Assembly: GCA_014729995.1 (NCBI GenBank)
Contig: WJIZ01000041.1
Span: forward strand, 10,584-74,583
Reading direction: 5' to 3'
Length of the DNA stretch: 64,000 bases
DNA from: Candidatus Woesearchaeota archaeon
Lineage (GTDB): Archaea > Nanobdellota > Nanobdellia > Woesearchaeales > WJIZ01
The notes beneath the pieces are model-generated. The model had not been told where the DNA came from, ran no database searches, and worked only from the letters and a program-made list of their open reading frames with translations. Position numbers and translations under genes: made by a program. Position 1 is the stretch's first letter; the number at the start of each line of letters is the position of its first letter. This document shows positions 59,587 through 64,000 of this stretch, in pieces.

Positions 59587-60477
59587 ATGATGCTGCACAC
59601 AAAGCTGGGAAAAATAAAATTAAATTCTCCCCTTGTCTTAGCATCAGGAATTCTTGGCACTTCTGTTGAACTGATGCAGAGGGCTGCAGGCAATGGGGCA
59701 GGCGCTGTCACAACCAAGAGCATAGGCCCTGTTGAAAGAGACGGCCACCCTAATCCGACAACAGTTGAGATTGAAAAAGGGTTATATAATGCTGTAGGCC
59801 TGCCAACCCCCGGCTACCTCAACATGGACGATGAGTTTAAGCACTGGAAGAATATAACCGTTCCGCTGATAGCCTCAATCTACGGCTCATCGATAGAAGA
59901 TTATGTTAAGATTGCAAAATATATACAGAAATTCAGGCCTGCGATAATCGAATTAAATATTTCCTGTCCCAACAAGGAAGACGGCATGGCATTCGGCAGC
60001 TCAGCAGAATTGACAGCCAGGCTGGTCAAATCAGTAAAAGCTGCAACAAACATCCCGATAATGCCCAAGCTTACTGCAAACTGCAGCAATATAGTCGAGA
60101 TTGCAGTTGCTTCAGAACAGGCAGGGGCAGACTTTGTCAGCACCATAAACACCATCCTGAAAAAGATTGCTCACCCTGAACTGAAAGCCCCCTTGCTTGC
60201 TTATGGCAAAGGTGGGGTTTCCGGCCCGGCAATAAAAAAGATTGCCTTAAAAAAAGTAAAAGAAGTCAGGGCTGCAGTGGATTTGCCTGTTGTAGGAATC
60301 GGCGGCATAACCTATGGCAAAGACGCGATAGACATGCTCAAAGCAGGGGCAAGCGCAATTGGCATAGGCTCAGCAGTTTACTATCGCGGAATAGGCGCTT
60401 TTGACAAGATAAATAAAGAGATAGAAAAAATAATGAAAAAAAAAGCGTGGAAAAGCATTGGGGAGATAAAATCATAG
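59587..60477 (+). CDS. pyrD: dihydroorotate dehydrogenase (class 1B catalytic subunit)
   Basis: TIM-barrel FMN motifs (NISCPN, GGV.G, IGIGGI). Confidence 0.85.
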   Translation: MMLHTKLGKIKLNSPLVLASGILGTSVELMQRAAGNGAGAVTTKSIGPVERDGHPNPTTVEIEKGLYNAVGLPTPGYLNMDDEFKHWKNITVPLIASIYGSSIEDYVKIAKYIQKFRPAIIELNISCPNKEDGMAFGSSAELTARLVKSVKAATNIPIMPKLTANCSNIVEIAVASEQAGADFVSTINTILKKIAHPELKAPLLAYGKGGVSGPAIKKIALKKVKEVRAAVDLPVVGIGGITYGKDAIDMLKAGASAIGIGSAVYYRGIGAFDKINKEIEKIMKKKAWKSIGEIKS

Positions 60478-60490
60478 AAATCATCTGAAA

Positions 60491-61297
60491 ATGCACAAGG
60501 CATACAAGATAAAAGAAATAAAAAGAGAAAACCCAAAGACAGTCAGCATCATTTTAGGGGGGAAAATAAAAAACTATCACCCGGGACAGTTTATAATGCT
60601 CTGGATCCCGGGAATAGATGAGAAGCCCTTTGTCATAACATACCTTAATAAGGACAGCTTTGGCGTAACAATAGAGGAAAAAGGAAAGTTTACTAAAGCG
60701 GCAGCAAGCCTTAAAAAAGGGGATAAGGTCGGAATAAGGGGGCCGTATGGCAGTGGCTTTGATATAAAAGATAATTCGATTATAGTTGTAGGCGGCTTGG
60801 GTATGGCTCCTGCCATGAACTTAATAAAGGGGATAAAAAACTCATTGATAATACAGGGAGCAAAGACTAAAGAGATGCTTCTTTTTCATGAAGACCCCTC
60901 CCTTATTGCCGCAGTAAGGAAAAATAACAACAGGTTACATAAATGCACTGATGACGGCTCATTTGGAAAGCAATGCTTTACAACGCAATATCTCGAGAAA
61001 TTAATAAGCAAAGAAGCAAGGGTCGTCTATACCTGCGGGCCTGAAATCATGATACAGGGCATCTTTAATATATGTGAAAAGCATAATGTTGAATGCCAGG
61101 CTTCTTTGGAGAGGTTTATGAAGTGCGGCATAGGCATCTGCGGAAGCTGCGCCATAAATGATCGGCTTGTCTGCAAAGACGGCCCTGTATTCAGGTCTGA
61201 ACAGATAAGGAAGCTCACAGAATTCGGCAAATTCGCCAGAATGAAATCAGGAAGAAAAGTAAATATCGGGGAGTATTACAAATGGCGCCAAAAATGA
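60491..61297 (+). CDS. pyrK: dihydroorotate dehydrogenase electron-transfer subunit
   Basis: FNR-like fold and C-terminal 2Fe-2S CGIGICGSC. Confidence 0.8.
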   Translation: MHKAYKIKEIKRENPKTVSIILGGKIKNYHPGQFIMLWIPGIDEKPFVITYLNKDSFGVTIEEKGKFTKAAASLKKGDKVGIRGPYGSGFDIKDNSIIVVGGLGMAPAMNLIKGIKNSLIIQGAKTKEMLLFHEDPSLIAAVRKNNNRLHKCTDDGSFGKQCFTTQYLEKLISKEARVVYTCGPEIMIQGIFNICEKHNVECQASLERFMKCGIGICGSCAINDRLVCKDGPVFRSEQIRKLTEFGKFARMKSGRKVNIGEYYKWRQK

Positions 61298-62502
61298 CTT
61301 GCCTGGAAAGCGGTTTAGCTTTTGTAGGCGGAAAGATTGTGAAGAAGAACATCTGCATCTATAAGGGCAGGATTGCAGCGATAGCAGATTCGTGTGTTTC
61401 CGGAAAGAGAGGGATGGAAAAGATAGACTGCACAGGAAAGCTGATATTGCCTGGAATAATCGATTCTCACGTCCATTTCAGGGAGCCGGGCATGGCTCAA
61501 AAAGAGGATTTTTCAACAGGCAGCAAAGCGGCAGCAGCAGGAGGCATAACAACCGTGCTTGATATGCCAAACAACAGGCCACCGGTTCTTACAGTAAGGG
61601 AATTGGAAAAGAAAAGGAAGATAGCGAAAAAGAAATGCCTGGTCAATTACGGCTTCCACTTCGGCAGTTCTAAGGATAACATAAGGGAAATTAAGAAAGC
61701 CAAAAACACAGCTTCCACGAAAATATTTATGAACATTTCGACAGGCGATATGAAGATTGAAGATGAGAATCAGCTTGAAAATATCTTCAGGGCCTCGAAG
61801 GTGATAGCTGTTCATGCAGAAGGCAGTAAAGTAAAGCAGGCAGTAGAACTGGCTAAAAAAACAGGGAAAAGGCTTTACCTGTGCCATATCAGCTCTGAAA
61901 CGGAATTGAGGTATCTGAAGAGAAACAAGCCAAAAAATATTTTCATAGAAGCAACCCCTCACCACCTCTACTTAAAAAGCTCAAAAAGCCCGTTTTTGGA
62001 CGTAAAGCCACGTCTTAAGTCAGACAAAGACAAACAGGCGCTATGGAAAGCGGTCAGCATGGGTTTAATTGACACGATAGGCTCTGACCATGCCCCCCAT
62101 ACAATAAAAGAGAAAAAATCCAAAAATCCTCCTTCCGGCATGCCCGGCGAGGAAACCATGCTTCCTCTAATGCTCGATGCTGTCAACAGGAGGAAAATGG
62201 CTTTAAGGAAATTGGTGCAGCTTTGCTCTGAAAACCCCGCAAAAATATTCGGGATAAAGAACAAAGGCTGCATAAAAGAAGGGCACGATGCAGATCTTAC
62301 AGTCGTTGACATGCATCTAAAGAAGAAAGTGGATTCAGTTAGGTTTTTTACGAAATGCGGGTGGTCTGCTTTTAACAATAAACTATTAAAAGGCTGGCCC
62401 GTAATGACAATTGTAAACGGAAATATCGTGTTTGACAATGGAAAGATAAATTCAAAGATAAAAGGAAAGGAAGTTATATTTGCAGAAGCAGGTTCAAAAT
62501 GA
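61282..62502 (+). CDS. pyrC: dihydroorotase
   Basis: DSHVHFREPG, amidohydrolase metal ligands, DHAPH. Confidence 0.85.
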   Translation: MAPKMTCLESGLAFVGGKIVKKNICIYKGRIAAIADSCVSGKRGMEKIDCTGKLILPGIIDSHVHFREPGMAQKEDFSTGSKAAAAGGITTVLDMPNNRPPVLTVRELEKKRKIAKKKCLVNYGFHFGSSKDNIREIKKAKNTASTKIFMNISTGDMKIEDENQLENIFRASKVIAVHAEGSKVKQAVELAKKTGKRLYLCHISSETELRYLKRNKPKNIFIEATPHHLYLKSSKSPFLDVKPRLKSDKDKQALWKAVSMGLIDTIGSDHAPHTIKEKKSKNPPSGMPGEETMLPLMLDAVNRRKMALRKLVQLCSENPAKIFGIKNKGCIKEGHDADLTVVDMHLKKKVDSVRFFTKCGWSAFNNKLLKGWPVMTIVNGNIVFDNGKINSKIKGKEVIFAEAGSK

Positions 62503-63143
62503 CCAAACAGGAAATCGCAGAATCATTGCTGAAGATAAAGGCAGTAGACCTTGATGCAAAAAAGGGCTTTGTTTATGCTTCAGGAAGGAAAGGCCCTATC
62601 TACTGTGATAACCGGCTCATACTCTCTTACCCTGCAGAAAGGGACAAGATCATAGAGGGCTTTCTCTATACAATCAAGGAAAAGAACATTGTCTTTGACA
62701 TTGTAGCTGGAGTGGCAACAGGAGGGATAGCATGGGCGGCTATCCTTGCAGACAGGCTGAAAAAGCCCATGGTGTACATAAGGGCTGCTTCAAAGAATCA
62801 TGGAAAACAGAACCAAATCGAGGGCGAACTTGAAGAGGGAAAGCGCATCCTGATAATTGAAGATCTGGTCAATACAGGCAGCAGTTCAGTAGCAGCCTGC
62901 ATTGCCCTTAAGGAAGAAAGCTGCACAGTAGCAGCCTGCATTGCTGTTTTTAATTACAGCCTTAAAGATGCTGCAAAGCTGTTCACAAAAGAAAAAATTC
63001 CGCTGTATTCCCTCACAGATTTCAGCTCATTAATCAAGACAGCAGCAGATGCCAAATACATCAATGCAGAAGGCAAGAAAATACTGATGGAATGGCAGAA
63101 TAATCCGAAGGCCTGGAAACCTACCCTATCTGGTAAGGACTGA
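62499..63143 (+). CDS. pyrE: orotate phosphoribosyltransferase
   Basis: PRPP-binding loop LIIEDLVNTGSS. Confidence 0.85.
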   Translation: MTKQEIAESLLKIKAVDLDAKKGFVYASGRKGPIYCDNRLILSYPAERDKIIEGFLYTIKEKNIVFDIVAGVATGGIAWAAILADRLKKPMVYIRAASKNHGKQNQIEGELEEGKRILIIEDLVNTGSSSVAACIALKEESCTVAACIAVFNYSLKDAAKLFTKEKIPLYSLTDFSSLIKTAADAKYINAEGKKILMEWQNNPKAWKPTLSGKD

Positions 63144-63972
63144 CAGAATTTTTGGTTAAATCTTTTTCTAAGTCTTCTGTTGCAAATGCAATACCAATAA
63201 ACCTTTGGATGTATTTTTTATTATTCCGACAGGCATCTTCAAGGGCCTTTATGCCGTCTTCACTCGAAGTAAAATTTATCATTCGCCTTAAGAAAGAACC
63301 GAATTCCTGCAGCTCAAGCGGGCCGCCCATAGCGTCGGGGTTTGTCCAGCAGGATTTGCCTTTCTCGCCCATAACAGCAAAACCATAAACTAAACCATTG
63401 TGCCTGCTTCGGAATATGTTTTCAGTGATATAGACTTCAACTTCTTTGCATTCTTCATCTGTGTAAACTGATAATAATGGACAACTTCCGTCAATTATAT
63501 TACAATCCTCCTCCCCTCCAGAAAATAACATGCCTATATAGTCTTTACTGCCTGAAATCCACCTTACATCAGTAGAAAACAAAGGCGCAGCCCAGGATAT
63601 GGGGTTTCTAAAAAAACGCCTCTTATCTTCCCTGTATCTGAGGGCTTCTAATAACTCGGTGTTAATGTCAAACTCATGCCTTCCCTTTCCGCCATACCTT
63701 GCAATTTCAGATATCCCTCCGGCGGTGAAAGCTAATGGATATGTACTGGTTCCCCCTAAAGCAAGCAATAAGATTGCTCCGATTTCTCCTATAGTGGGCA
63801 GTATCCTATTTGCTATCTTGCCGTTCCTTTCCTCCTTAGCGGCAATTTTAAGAAGGTCATCTAAATCGCTTTTAACAACAACAGTATCCCTAAGAAGTTT
63901 CTCCCTCATAGTAGCCCTCTCAGTAATATTATGCCCAAGATAATATTTTTTGATAAAGCCTGCCACGCCCAT
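63121..63972 (-). CDS. hypothetical protein
   Basis: 283 aa, no recognised motif. Convergent with pyrE, overlapping by ~20 nt. Confidence 0.35.
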   Translation of the reverse strand: MGVAGFIKKYYLGHNITERATMREKLLRDTVVVKSDLDDLLKIAAKEERNGKIANRILPTIGEIGAILLLALGGTSTYPLAFTAGGISEIARYGGKGRHEFDINTELLEALRYREDKRRFFRNPISWAAPLFSTDVRWISGSKDYIGMLFSGGEEDCNIIDGSCPLLSVYTDEECKEVEVYITENIFRSRHNGLVYGFAVMGEKGKSCWTNPDAMGGPLELQEFGSFLRRMINFTSSEDGIKALEDACRNNKKYIQRFIGIAFATEDLEKDLTKNSVSPYQIG

Positions 63973-64000
63973 GCCAAAAGAAAAACCTATTAGATTTATA

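Overview
Low-GC archaeal chromosome segment, very likely from a small-genome DPANN-type archaeon. The evidence is an archaeal-type 16S-tRNAAla-23S rRNA operon (32.3-37.2 kb, no 5S), at least eight tRNAs of which most carry one or two introns at non-canonical D-loop or T-loop positions, archaeal ribosomal proteins S15 and L41e, diphthine synthase, prefoldin, an archaeal promoter, and SD-led genes. Coding density is high and genes lie in tight, often overlapping operons. The stand-out content is a contiguous bacterial-type isoprenoid supercluster (8.5-19.3 kb). It encodes a complete MEP/DOXP pathway as dxs, ispG, dxr, an ispDF fusion and a novel-looking ispE-ispH fusion, followed by GGPP synthase, a squalene/phytoene synthase and a geranylgeranyl-reductase-family gene. 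A Doc/RHH toxin-antitoxin pair and a cold-shock gene are embedded inside this operon. Archaea normally use the mevalonate route, so this is the most unusual system in the window. A second block (47-57.7 kb, plus rubrerythrin at 39.9 kb) is an oxidative-stress and thiol-redox island. It holds a peroxiredoxin, ferritin, two Grx/NrdH-like paralogs, DUF1858, an extracytoplasmic CcdA / Trx-like / MsrA-MsrB repair module, and an FNR-like reductase with superoxide reductase and rubredoxin. It also holds a free-standing 39-aa ORF that looks like the NrdD glycyl-radical C-terminus, and an 11-aa Cys-rich ORF behind a structured leader. Other noteworthy items are an orphan 679-aa MutL-like GHKL ATPase next to the rRNA operon, and a Hel308-type helicase present only as separated N- and C-terminal pieces. 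There is also a tRNA with a degenerate tandem duplicate of its 3' half flanked by a 23-nt direct repeat, three palindromic TTGGCGA sites upstream of ftsZ, a GH15 glycosidase with SemiSWEET pair, and a YHS-permease with Cys-rich secreted peptide module. A complete pyrBI-pyrD-pyrK-pyrC-pyrE operon lies at the 3' end. No CRISPR array, transposase or integrase was seen.
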